From Oceanococcus sp. (GTDB lineage: Bacteria > Pseudomonadota > Gammaproteobacteria > Nevskiales > Oceanococcaceae): DNA of 64,000 nt. A program made the translations under genes and the position numbers. The stretch lies in NCBI GenBank assembly GCA_041619555.1, contig JBFKDQ010000005.1:31004-95003 (forward strand), given 5' to 3'. Positions 47,176 to 56,281 of this stretch are shown one piece after another (position 1 is the first letter of the stretch; each line of letters starts with the position of its first letter). The notes beneath the pieces were generated by a model that did not search any database, was not told where the DNA came from, and saw only the letters and a program-made list of their open reading frames with translations.

Positions 47176-48663
47176 TCAGCAGCAACTGGCCTGGAAATGC
47201 CGATGCCCCGGCTGAGCGGCCGAACCGCTGGTCAGTCCCTCACAACTGGCCGCCGCATGGCGATCGAGAATATCTGCAATTGCCAGGGTCAGCTTCTTGG
47301 CAAAGGGCACATGCAGGAATTCGTTCGGCCCATGCGCATTGGAGCCCGGACCCAGCACACCGGTGATGACGAACTGCGCGGCCGGAAACTTTTCCCCCAG
47401 CATTCCCATGAACGGAATCGAGCCCCCCTCGCCGATCATCGCCGCCGGCCGGCCGAAAGCGGCCTGCGAAGCCGCATCAACGGACTGCGCCAGCCACGGC
47501 GCCAGCGGGGGTGCATGCCAGCCGCTGGCGGCCTTGTCCGCCTTGAAGCTGACCCGCGCCCCATAAGGCGGATCCGCCTCCAGGGTTTCGCGAATCCGCT
47601 GCGCCGCCACCTGGGCATCCAGGGTTGGCGGAAAACGGAAACTCAGGGTCAGGCTGGTGGATGGCCGCAGCACATTGCCGGCATCTGCCAGCGCAGGCAT
47701 CCCGCCGACTCCGGTATAGGACAGGGTCGGACGCCAGGTCTTGCTCAGAATGATCTCGACACCCTCATCAGAGCACAGGCGTGCGCCGGGAACCAGCGGA
47801 AAACTGTCCCGCAGTTCGTCACCCAGAATCCCGGCCGCCTGGCGCGCCTGCTCGATGCGCTGCGGCGGAATCTCGGCATTGAGCCAGTCGGGAAACAAAG
47901 CCCCGCTGTCCCGATCTTCCAGGCGCGCGATCAACTGGTTCGCGATGCGGAAACTCGAAGGCACCGCACCGCTGGCGGCGCCGGAATGCACACCTTCGCG
48001 CAGGATGTCCACCCGCAGCACACCGACCAGATTGCCGCGCAAGGACGTGGTCAGCCACATCTGCTCGTAGTTTCCCGCCCCCGAGTCCAGGCACACGACC
48101 AGACTGGGCTTGCCGATGCGCGCCGCCAGATGATCGACATAGAACGGCAGGTCCAGGCTGCCGGACTCCTCACAGGCCTCGATCAGAATCACGCAGCGGG
48201 CATGCGCGCGCTGCTGGCGCTGCAAGCTGATCAGGGCGGTCAGCGAGGCGAAACAGGCATAGCCATCATCGGCCCCGCCCCGCCCATACAGGCGACCATC
48301 TCGCAAGACCGGCTGCCAGGGTCCAAGATCCTCATCCCAGCCTTCCATTTCCGGCTGCTTGTCCAGATGGCCGTACATCAGCACCGTATCATCCACCGTG
48401 CCTGGCACCTCGATGTAGAGCAGCGGCGTGCGCCCGGCCAGCCGCACGACCTCCACGCTCGCCCCCGGCACGGCCTGGGCCCGACACCAGCGCTCGAACT
48501 GGCTGACTACCTTTTCCATGTAGCCATGGGCCTGCCAGTCGGCATCGAACAGAGGCGACTTGTTCGGTACACGGATGTATTCCATCAGTTCCGGCACGAT
48601 CTGCTCATCCCATTGCTGATTGATAAATGCAGCCGCGGCAGCGTGATCCAGGCTTTTGTTCAT
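47176..48663 (-). CDS. M20/M25/M40 family metallopeptidase (dipeptidase-like)
   Basis: YGHLDKQP, GRGGADDG, EESGS, GVHSG, NAHGPNE metal-binding motifs. Confidence 0.9.
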   Translation of the reverse strand: MNKSLDHAAAAAFINQQWDEQIVPELMEYIRVPNKSPLFDADWQAHGYMEKVVSQFERWCRAQAVPGASVEVVRLAGRTPLLYIEVPGTVDDTVLMYGHLDKQPEMEGWDEDLGPWQPVLRDGRLYGRGGADDGYACFASLTALISLQRQQRAHARCVILIEACEESGSLDLPFYVDHLAARIGKPSLVVCLDSGAGNYEQMWLTTSLRGNLVGVLRVDILREGVHSGAASGAVPSSFRIANQLIARLEDRDSGALFPDWLNAEIPPQRIEQARQAAGILGDELRDSFPLVPGARLCSDEGVEIILSKTWRPTLSYTGVGGMPALADAGNVLRPSTSLTLSFRFPPTLDAQVAAQRIRETLEADPPYGARVSFKADKAASGWHAPPLAPWLAQSVDAASQAAFGRPAAMIGEGGSIPFMGMLGEKFPAAQFVITGVLGPGSNAHGPNEFLHVPFAKKLTLAIADILDRHAAASCEGLTSGSAAQPGHRHFQASCC

Positions 48664-48666
48664 GAC

Positions 48667-49695
48667 TCAGACCTTCCAGTTCAGCAGGACCTTGCCGGAC
48701 TGGCCGGAGGCCATCACATCGAATCCCTGCTGGAAATCATCGATGGAGAATTCGTGGGTGATGATGGCATCGACATTCAGCCCGGATTCCAGCATCGCGG
48801 TCATCTTGTACCAGGTCTCGAACATCTCCCGACCGTAGATGCCCTTGAGCGTCAGCCCCTTGAACACCAGCTTTTCATAGTCCACTGCCACCGGCCTGGA
48901 CGGGATCCCGAGCTGGGCGATGCGGCCACCATGATTCATCGCGCTGAACATCTGATCCATGGCCTGCGGGTTGCCGGACATCTCCAGTCCAACATCGAAA
49001 CCCTCGACCATGCCGAGTTCACGCTGCACGGTCTGCAGGTCTTCCCGTGCCACGTTCACCACGCGATCCGCCCCCATGCCCTCGGCCAGCTGCAGGCGAT
49101 AGTCATTCACATCGGTCACCACCACATGGCGCGCGCCGACATGGCGGGCGATGGCCGCAGCCATGATGCCGATCGGACCCGCACCGGTGATCAGCACATC
49201 CTCGCCGACCAGGTTGAAGGCCAGCGCGGTGTGCACCGCATTGCCCAGCGGGTCAAAAATGGCGGCATGGCGATCATCGATGCGATCAGGAATCGGGAAC
49301 ACGTTGACCGCCGGCACCACCAGAAACTCCGCAAAACTGCCCGGGCGGTTGACCCCGACACCGACGGTATTGCGACACAGGTGGCGGGTGCCGGCGCGGC
49401 AGTTGCGGCAGAACCCGCAGGTGATATGCCCTTCCCCCGATACACGCTGGCCCACCTCAAGGCCGTTGACGTGCGATCCGATCGCGGCCACCCGACCGAC
49501 GAACTCGTGACCGACCACCATCGGCACCGGAATCGTATGCTGCGACCATTCATCCCAGTTGTAGATGTGCATGTCGGTCCCGCAGATGGCGCTCATGCTG
49601 ACCTCGATCAGCACATCATTCGGACCGGGTTCTGGCGGCGGCGTGTCAACCATCCAGATCCCGGGCTCGGCTTTCAGCTTGGACAGGGCTTTCAT
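48667..49695 (-). CDS. tdh: L-threonine 3-dehydrogenase
   Basis: [52 protein letters not shown] motifs. Confidence 0.96.
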   Translation of the reverse strand: MKALSKLKAEPGIWMVDTPPPEPGPNDVLIEVSMSAICGTDMHIYNWDEWSQHTIPVPMVVGHEFVGRVAAIGSHVNGLEVGQRVSGEGHITCGFCRNCRAGTRHLCRNTVGVGVNRPGSFAEFLVVPAVNVFPIPDRIDDRHAAIFDPLGNAVHTALAFNLVGEDVLITGAGPIGIMAAAIARHVGARHVVVTDVNDYRLQLAEGMGADRVVNVAREDLQTVQRELGMVEGFDVGLEMSGNPQAMDQMFSAMNHGGRIAQLGIPSRPVAVDYEKLVFKGLTLKGIYGREMFETWYKMTAMLESGLNVDAIITHEFSIDDFQQGFDVMASGQSGKVLLNWKV

Positions 49696-50885
49696 GCAAT
49701 CACTCCCAGTTCACGACCGACGCTGGCGAAAGCGGCCAGGGCCCGATCCAGATCAGCGCGATCCAGCGCCGCGGACATCTGCGTACGGATGCGGGCCTGC
49801 CCCTTGGGCACGACCGGAAAGGAAAAACCGATGACGTAGACGCCTTGCTCCAGCAGCTTTTCCGCCATTTTCGCCGCCAGCCGGGCATCGCCCAGCATCA
49901 CCGGCACGATGGGATGCTCACCCGGGAGCAACTCGAAACCGAGCGCCGCCAGGCCTTGTCGCCAGAAACGGGTGTTCTCATCCAGCTTCTTTCGCAGCGC
50001 CGCACCGTCACGCACCAGTTCGATCGCGGCCAGCGCCCCGGCCACCAGCGCCGGCGCCACGCTGTTGGAGAACAGATAGGGCCGCGCCTTGTTGCGCAGC
50101 ATTTCGATCACCGGAGCACGCGCCGCGACAAAGCCGCCGGAAGCGCCGCCCAGGGCCTTGCCCAGGGTCCCGGTGATCAGATCGATGCGGCCTTCCACGC
50201 CACGAAATTCCGGCGTCCCCCGGCCCTCGGCACCAAGAAACCCATGTGCATGAGCGTCATCGATCATCACCAGGGCATCGTAACGCTCAGCCAGCGCACA
50301 GATGCTGTCCAGCGGCGCGATCGTGCCGTCCATCGAAAACACGCCATCGGTGACGATCAGACGATGGCGCCGGTCCTGGGTTTCCTGTAGGCAGGCCTCC
50401 AGCGCCGCCAGATCACAATTGGCATACCGTTTGCGCTGCGCCTTGCACAGCCGGATGCCATCAATCAGGCTGGCGTGATTCAGGGCATCGGAAATGATCA
50501 CGTCGTCGGGCCCGAACAGGGCTTCGAATACGCCCCCATTGGCATCGAATGCCGAAGGGAACAGAATCGCGTCCTCACAACCCAGCCAGTCGGCAATCGT
50601 CGCCTCCAGGCTGCGGTGCAGGTCCTGCGTACCGCAGATGAAGCGGACCGAAGCCATGCCAAAACCGTGACTGTCCAGGCTTTGATGCGCAGCCTGAATC
50701 AGCGCCGGATGATTGGCCAGACCCAGATAATTGTTTGCGCACAGATTGATCACCTCGCGACCATCCGGCAGGCGGATCTGCCCGCCCTGGGCCGAACACA
50801 TCACCCGCTCCGACTTGTACAGGCCTTCCTGCCGCAGCTGTTCGAGTTGTTGCATCAGCTCGTCGGTGAAACGGCTCTTGTTCAT
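49692..50885 (-). CDS. kbl: Glycine C-acetyltransferase (2-amino-3-ketobutyrate CoA ligase)
   Basis: [61 protein letters not shown] motifs. Confidence 0.96.
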   Translation of the reverse strand: MNKSRFTDELMQQLEQLRQEGLYKSERVMCSAQGGQIRLPDGREVINLCANNYLGLANHPALIQAAHQSLDSHGFGMASVRFICGTQDLHRSLEATIADWLGCEDAILFPSAFDANGGVFEALFGPDDVIISDALNHASLIDGIRLCKAQRKRYANCDLAALEACLQETQDRRHRLIVTDGVFSMDGTIAPLDSICALAERYDALVMIDDAHAHGFLGAEGRGTPEFRGVEGRIDLITGTLGKALGGASGGFVAARAPVIEMLRNKARPYLFSNSVAPALVAGALAAIELVRDGAALRKKLDENTRFWRQGLAALGFELLPGEHPIVPVMLGDARLAAKMAEKLLEQGVYVIGFSFPVVPKGQARIRTQMSAALDRADLDRALAAFASVGRELGVIA

Positions 50886-50918
50886 GGCGATTTTCTGAGG
50901 GCAGTTGAACGCAGAATT

Positions 50919-50932
50919 ATACAGCATTGTAT
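50919..50932. promoter_or_regulatory. Palindromic operator upstream of kbl-tdh
   Basis: ATACA-GCAT-TGTAT, perfect arms, 34 bp upstream of the kbl ATG, in an AT-rich patch. Confidence 0.55.
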
Positions 50933-51203
50933 TTACGCTTAGGCGGACGGCGGATGCGGCATCCCACCAGACACGCTACCGCCGCCTGCGAAAGGCCCTG
51001 GCAGGCGCACCCGCAGGTGCATCTCGAGCGCGCCGCTTGAGTCTGCCCGCAACGCCAAGCACACTGCGTTCCCAACTTGCCTCGCTGCCCAGGCCGAACG
51101 CCCACACCCCGGCCATCGGGCAGGCGCCCAAGCGATCCCTGCCCGCGTCCGCGAAACCGAATTCCGGCGACGGCGACCCGACCATGCCAGAAAGTGAGCC
51201 ACC

Positions 51204-52409
51204 ATGTCCCAAAGCCCAATTTCGATTTGCAGCCTCGCTCTTGCCGCCGGCCTGTGGGGTACGGCCCAGGCCGCAGATTTCGAGACCTGCAAGGGGACAT
51301 GGCAGGAACAGGCCCGTGAGGCCGGCCTGTCACCCCGCATCATCGATCAGGTCATTCCAGCCCTGCAAGCACAGCCGCGGGTGCTGGAACTGGATCGCAA
51401 ACAGCCGGAGTTCACCAGCAGTTTTGGCTCGTATATCGGACGCCGCCTGACGGACAGCCGCATCGACAAGGGCAAGATTCTGCTGGAGGAGCACGCGGAA
51501 CTGCTGCGCGAACTGACGCGCCGCTATGGCATCCCCGGCCGGATGCTGGTGGCCTTCTGGGGTCTGGAGACCAACTACGGTGGTTATCTGGGCAATACAC
51601 CCACCCTGGATGCACTCGCCACTCTGGGCTGCGACCCGCGCCGCAGCCGCTACTTCAGCGCGGAACTGATCACGGCTCTGGGTCTGATCGAGGAGCATGA
51701 CCTGGAACCGGCAAGAATGCGGGGCTCCTGGGCGGGCGCGATGGGCCAGACCCAGTTCATGCCCAGCAACTACCGGCGCTACGGCATCGATGGGGATAAC
51801 GACGGCCAGGTCGATCTCTGGAACAGCGTGCCCGATGCCCTGCATTCGGCCGCCAATTTCCTCCATCAACTGGGTTGGGAAGCGGGCCTGCGCTGGGGCC
51901 GGGAGGTGCGCCTGCCACCTGGGTTCGACTACCGTATGGCCGGCCTCAAACAGATGCGGCCCTTGCAGGAATGGGCCGATCTGGGACTGCGCCATGGCCA
52001 TGGCGGACCGCTGCCGGTGGCGGACATCGATGCCGCGCTGCTGGTCCCGGCTGGCCACCAGGGCCCGGCGTTTCTGGTCTACGGTAATTTCCGCATCATC
52101 ATGCGCTGGAACAATTCCGAATTCTACGCTCTGTCGGTCGGCCTGCTGGCAGACCGTCTGATCGGCGCAATGCCACTTGCGGCCCCCTTGACCGAAGATC
52201 AGCGCACGATCCGGCTGGACAAAATCAAAGCCCTGCAAACCCGGCTCAATGCCCTGGGAGTTGATGCCGGGCCGGCCGACGGCATTCTTGGTCCGGGCAC
52301 CCGCGAGGCCATCAGCGCTTTTCAGGCCGCCAACGACATGATTGCCGACGGCTATCACTCCAGCGCGGTGTTCAGCGCCCTCGGCATTGATCTGGAAGCA
52401 GCGCAATGA
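51204..52409 (+). CDS. Lytic murein transglycosylase (MltB/Slt35-like) with C-terminal PG-binding domain
   Basis: DRKQPEF, AFWGLETNYG, GSWAGAMGQTQFMPS, DGDNDGQVDLWNS, WNNSEFYA motifs; signal peptide. Confidence 0.92.
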   Translation: MSQSPISICSLALAAGLWGTAQAADFETCKGTWQEQAREAGLSPRIIDQVIPALQAQPRVLELDRKQPEFTSSFGSYIGRRLTDSRIDKGKILLEEHAELLRELTRRYGIPGRMLVAFWGLETNYGGYLGNTPTLDALATLGCDPRRSRYFSAELITALGLIEEHDLEPARMRGSWAGAMGQTQFMPSNYRRYGIDGDNDGQVDLWNSVPDALHSAANFLHQLGWEAGLRWGREVRLPPGFDYRMAGLKQMRPLQEWADLGLRHGHGGPLPVADIDAALLVPAGHQGPAFLVYGNFRIIMRWNNSEFYALSVGLLADRLIGAMPLAAPLTEDQRTIRLDKIKALQTRLNALGVDAGPADGILGPGTREAISAFQAANDMIADGYHSSAVFSALGIDLEAAQ

Positions 52410-52486
52410 TGCACTGAAGGCGCGACACCGGGATTGGCGAGTATGAGAGACTGCCCTTGACGTGCGTGACCTATACGGAGGAGAAC

Positions 52487-53590
52487 ATGGCTGGATCCCT
52501 GCAATTCGCCCGGCGGCTCGGTGCAGCCCTTGTCCTGTGCGGCCTGGTCATGCTGCTGGCCCGCCCGGCACAGGCCCTGAGTCTGGGGGAACCGCTGATC
52601 GACTCCTTTCTCGCCGAACCGCTGCGGGCGCGCCTGCCGGTCGATGGCAAGGCGCCAGGGATCCACTCGCTGCGCGCCCGCATGCTGCCCCCTTCGGCCT
52701 ATGCCAGGCTGGGCCTTTTCCCGCCCGCCCATCCGCTGGAAGACTTTCAGATCGAACTGGAAGGCGATTCCGTCCAGGGCTACTGGTTCAACATCCTTTC
52801 CCGCGAGGCCATCCGCGAACCCATTCTCAGCATCCTGCTGAGAATCGAAGACAAAGAACGCAGCCTGGTGCGCCAGATCCATCTGGTCCTGGATCAGCAA
52901 CCGCTTCCACGCCACAGTTCCATTGCCGCGGCAAGCCCGTCACAGTCGACGCCGATGCCCACCACCGTTCCCGCAGCAGATCGGCCCGATCCCAGCCCGG
53001 TCACCGCCACCGCACCGGCCGCGCACCGGCCGTCCGCAGAGGTCGACACGCCCGATCCTTTCAGGCTCCCTGAACTGCAGCCCATCCTGTCCGCAACCAA
53101 GCCCGGGGCCGGACCGGCCGCCGGCACGCCCGCAGCGCCGCCCCTGCCGGAAGCCGAGTCGGCCTGGCCGGTACCGCAACCCATCCTGCGCCAGGCCAGG
53201 GCGTCGGCACCCGCCCCGCCAGTTCCCACCGAGAGCCAGACCTATGGCCCGATCAAGGCCGGCGAGGTGCTGTCCCGCATCTCCCAGATCGTCAGACCGA
53301 CGCCTTCGATCTCCATCCACAAGATGTCAGCTGCGCTATATGCCCTCAATCCGCAGGCCTTCCGCGGCGGTCCGCACACCCTGATTCTCGGCGCCCTGCT
53401 GCGGGTGCCCAGCGCTGAATTCCTGCGCGATTTCGAAGACGAACTGGACTGGTACACGCCGACGCGCACGTCTCCCAAGGATCCGGGGGCGCAGACCCCC
53501 CCCGCCCGAACTCAAACCTCACCGGCACGGCCAGAGACGCCATTCACCGTACCGGCGAGCCTGGAAAGCCTCAATCCGGTGCCACGCTGA
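52487..53590 (+). CDS. FimV-like protein (N-terminal FimV domain, Pro-rich linker, LysM-like domain), short form
   Basis: GGAGGAG RBS; ALSLGEPLIDSFLAEPLRARL, SREAIREPILSILL, YGPIKAGEVLSRIS, ALYALNPQAF motifs. Confidence 0.7.
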   Translation: MAGSLQFARRLGAALVLCGLVMLLARPAQALSLGEPLIDSFLAEPLRARLPVDGKAPGIHSLRARMLPPSAYARLGLFPPAHPLEDFQIELEGDSVQGYWFNILSREAIREPILSILLRIEDKERSLVRQIHLVLDQQPLPRHSSIAAASPSQSTPMPTTVPAADRPDPSPVTATAPAAHRPSAEVDTPDPFRLPELQPILSATKPGAGPAAGTPAAPPLPEAESAWPVPQPILRQARASAPAPPVPTESQTYGPIKAGEVLSRISQIVRPTPSISIHKMSAALYALNPQAFRGGPHTLILGALLRVPSAEFLRDFEDELDWYTPTRTSPKDPGAQTPPARTQTSPARPETPFTVPASLESLNPVPR

Positions 53591-53656
53591 GCGCGCCGGA
53601 TCGGGCCAAACAGCCCCCCGTGCTACCCTTGCCCCTCAAAACCAAGAGTATGTTTG

Positions 53657-54136
53657 ATGGAAATTGCAGCAAATTCCGTGGTCAGCTTCGACTACACCCT
53701 GACCAATGAAGCCGGCGATGTGCTGGACACGTCCCAGGGTCAGAGTCCGATGTCCTACCTGCACGGTCACGCCCAGATCATCAGCGGCCTGGAAGAGGCC
53801 ATGCAGGGCCGCAAGACCGGGGACGCCTTCGCCGTCACGGTAGCGCCGGAACAGGGATATGGCTTGCGCCAGGACGATCTCATCCAGAGCGTGCCACGCA
53901 GCGCTTTCGCCGGCGTCGATGAAATTGAAGCGGGCATGCGTTTTCAGGCGCAGGGCGCCGACGGTCCGATGATCGTCCGCATCGTCGATCTCAGCGAAGA
54001 CTCCGTCACCGTAGACGGCAATCATGAACTGGCCGGCGCCACCCTGCATTTCGACGTCGCCATCACCGACGTGCGTGCGGCCACCGCGCAAGAACTCGAA
54101 CACGGTCATGTGCATGATCACGGGGCCGATCACTAG
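53657..54136 (+). CDS. slyD: FKBP-type peptidyl-prolyl isomerase / metallochaperone SlyD
   Basis: VVSFDYTL, YLHGHAQIISGLE, VDGNHELAG, His-rich tail ELEHGHVHDHGADH. Confidence 0.93.
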   Translation: MEIAANSVVSFDYTLTNEAGDVLDTSQGQSPMSYLHGHAQIISGLEEAMQGRKTGDAFAVTVAPEQGYGLRQDDLIQSVPRSAFAGVDEIEAGMRFQAQGADGPMIVRIVDLSEDSVTVDGNHELAGATLHFDVAITDVRAATAQELEHGHVHDHGADH

Positions 54137-54156
54137 TTCCCCATCACGCCATCACG

Positions 54157-54184
54157 AAAAAAGCCCGGGTAACCGGGCTTTTTT
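54157..54184. terminator. Bidirectional Rho-independent terminator (slyD/deaD)
   Basis: AAAAAAGCCCGG-GTAA-CCGGGCTTTTTT. Confidence 0.92.
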
Positions 54185-54211
54185 GTGTTCCTGCGATGTG
54201 TCTCGGCCGCG

Positions 54212-56032
54212 TCAGTCCGCGGCCTTGCGGGGCGGCTTGGGCGCCTTGCGGGCCGGTTTCTTTGGCGCTTTTGTCGACCCGGACTTGGCTTTTCCGAGCT
54301 TGCCCGGCTTTTTCTTGCCGGCATGCGCGGGCTTGGGTGCTGCGTCCCCGTCGCTGCGGCCTGCGGCTGAACTCGACAGGCGGCTGATCTGCAGTTGCCG
54401 GCCGGACACCCAGACCTTTTTCAGATCCTGAAAGATATCCTTCGGCATCCCCTGGGGCAGGTCGACCACGCTGTGATCGTCGAAGATCTTGATCCGGCCG
54501 ATGTGCTGGGCGTCCAGACCGGCCTCGTTGGCCAACGCGCCGACGATATTGCCCGGCTGCACCCCATGAGTCGAACCGACTTCCAGGCGAAATCGTTCCA
54601 TTTGCGCGGGCACCCGGTCCTCTTCCTCACGCGCGTGTCTGGGCGGCTTGCGCCCCGCCCCGCCTTCCGGGCGCTCCACCGTGGCCGACGGTTTCTGCTT
54701 GCGCTTCTTCTCGGTCGGCAGGATCAGCGGGGTATCCCCCTGCAGCAGCTGGGCCAGGGCGGCGGCAATCTCGGTGGCCGGCACTTCATGCTCCCGCTGA
54801 TAGTCCTCGATCAGGCGGCGAAAAAATTCCAGATCGGCGCTGGCCAGGGTATCGCTGACCCGCTGCTTGAAGCGCTCGACCCGGGTATCATTGATGCGTT
54901 CCACCGTGGGCAGTTCCAGCGCCTCGATGCGCTGCCCGGTGGCTTTCTCGATCGCGTACAGCATCCGGCGTTCACGCGGCGCAACGAACAGGATGGCCTC
55001 GCCGGAGCGGCCGGCGCGACCCGTGCGGCCAATCCGGTGCACATAGGATTCCGTATCGTGCGGGATGTCGTAATTGATCACGTGACTGACCCGGTCGACA
55101 TCGATTCCGCGGGCCACCACATCGGTGGCCACGAGGATGTCCAGACGCCCGGCCTTGAACTGCTCCACCGCCCGCTCCCGCGCTTTTTGATCCATGTCCC
55201 CATTGATCGCAACCGCGGCATGACCACGGGCTTCGAGCTTTTCCGCCAGCTCCACCGTCGCCAGCTTGGTGCGGGTGAAGATGATGATGCCGTCAAAGGT
55301 CTCGACTTCGAGAATCCGGGTCAGCGCATCGAGTTTGTGCAGGCCGCTGACCTGCCAGACCCGCTGCCGGATTTTCAAGGCACTGGAGGCCTTGTGCTGC
55401 ACCGTGATTTCCTGCGGCGTGCTCAGATGCTTCTGGGCGATGCGCCGGATCGGCGCCGGCATCGTGGCTGAAAACAGCGCCACCTGGCGACCCGCGGGCG
55501 TTTCCGAAAGAATCCATTCCACGTCGTCGATGAAACCCATGCGCAGCATTTCATCCGCCTCATCCAACACCAGGCAGCGCAGCTGATCCAGCTGCAGGCT
55601 GCCCCGACGGATGTGGTCCATGACCCGGCCGGGTGTGCCCACCACCACATGCACCCCGCGACGCAGCGGCTTGAGCTGCAGTTCATACGCCTGGCCGCCG
55701 TAGATCGGCAGCACATGAAAACCCGGCAGATGCGCGGCATAGCGCTGGAAGGCCTCGGCCACCTGGATCGCCAGCTCGCGGGTCGGGGTCAGCACCAGGG
55801 CCTGCGGGCTCCGGCCTTTGAGATCCAGCCGGCTAAGAATCGGCAGGGCGAAGGCCGCGGTCTTGCCAGTGCCGGTCTGAGCCTGGCCGATGACATCGAC
55901 ACCGGCCAGCACGTGGGGAATGATCTGCGCCTGAATCGGCGAAGGGGACTCGTAACCTACTGCGTTGAGGGCAGTGAGCACTGCCGGATCCAGACCTAAT
56001 TCGGCAAACGAGGGCAACTCGGTACTCGACAT
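54212..56032 (-). CDS. deaD: DEAD-box RNA helicase DeaD/CsdA
   Basis: Q motif, AQTGTGKT, PTRELA, TPGR, DEAD, SAT, ARGID, HRIGRTGR; DbpA-type RNA-binding C-terminal domain and Lys-rich tail. Confidence 0.93.
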   Translation of the reverse strand: MSSTELPSFAELGLDPAVLTALNAVGYESPSPIQAQIIPHVLAGVDVIGQAQTGTGKTAAFALPILSRLDLKGRSPQALVLTPTRELAIQVAEAFQRYAAHLPGFHVLPIYGGQAYELQLKPLRRGVHVVVGTPGRVMDHIRRGSLQLDQLRCLVLDEADEMLRMGFIDDVEWILSETPAGRQVALFSATMPAPIRRIAQKHLSTPQEITVQHKASSALKIRQRVWQVSGLHKLDALTRILEVETFDGIIIFTRTKLATVELAEKLEARGHAAVAINGDMDQKARERAVEQFKAGRLDILVATDVVARGIDVDRVSHVINYDIPHDTESYVHRIGRTGRAGRSGEAILFVAPRERRMLYAIEKATGQRIEALELPTVERINDTRVERFKQRVSDTLASADLEFFRRLIEDYQREHEVPATEIAAALAQLLQGDTPLILPTEKKRKQKPSATVERPEGGAGRKPPRHAREEEDRVPAQMERFRLEVGSTHGVQPGNIVGALANEAGLDAQHIGRIKIFDDHSVVDLPQGMPKDIFQDLKKVWVSGRQLQISRLSSSAAGRSDGDAAPKPAHAGKKKPGKLGKAKSGSTKAPKKPARKAPKPPRKAAD

Positions 56033-56074
56033 GATGCAATCCAAATGGGGGCCGCCAACGTGGCAGTCCGCTGA

Positions 56075-56281
56075 CTAGGATACGTGCCTGTCAGGCTGGC
56101 CGCTTGGCTTTTTCCGGCCCAGCCCGGCCGCATGTGGCCGCCAGAGCACCGCCAGCAGCACGCCGCAGAGCAGCGCCGCCAGGATCTGATCAGAATGATA
56201 ATCGCCCGGCGAATGGCCGGCATGCGCCAGCAACGGGACCGACCAGAGCCAGAGCAGGCCGGCCAGAATTGCCGCCCTCAT
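56075..56281 (-). CDS. 68-aa small membrane protein (signal peptide, AHAGH motif, one TM helix), last gene of the hydrogenase operon
   Basis: ATG overlaps the hypB stop (ATGA at 56281-56278); MRAAILAGLLWLWSVPLLAHA-GHSPGDYHSDQ-ILAALLCGVLLAVLW. Confidence 0.55.
   Translation of the reverse strand: MRAAILAGLLWLWSVPLLAHAGHSPGDYHSDQILAALLCGVLLAVLWRPHAAGLGRKKPSGQPDRHVS

Noticed and set aside
46963-49839. 958-aa plus-strand ORF, and similar long ORFs such as 16722-18497, 18729-20312, 38499-39983 and 56104-57426
   Set aside because: Antisense shadows of well-supported genes; stop-poor reverse frames are expected in high-GC coding DNA and they show no recognisable motifs.
50886-51203. Possible glycine riboswitch upstream of kbl-tdh
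   Set aside because: No GGAGA/CCGAAG/CTYTCAGG aptamer signatures on the minus strand.
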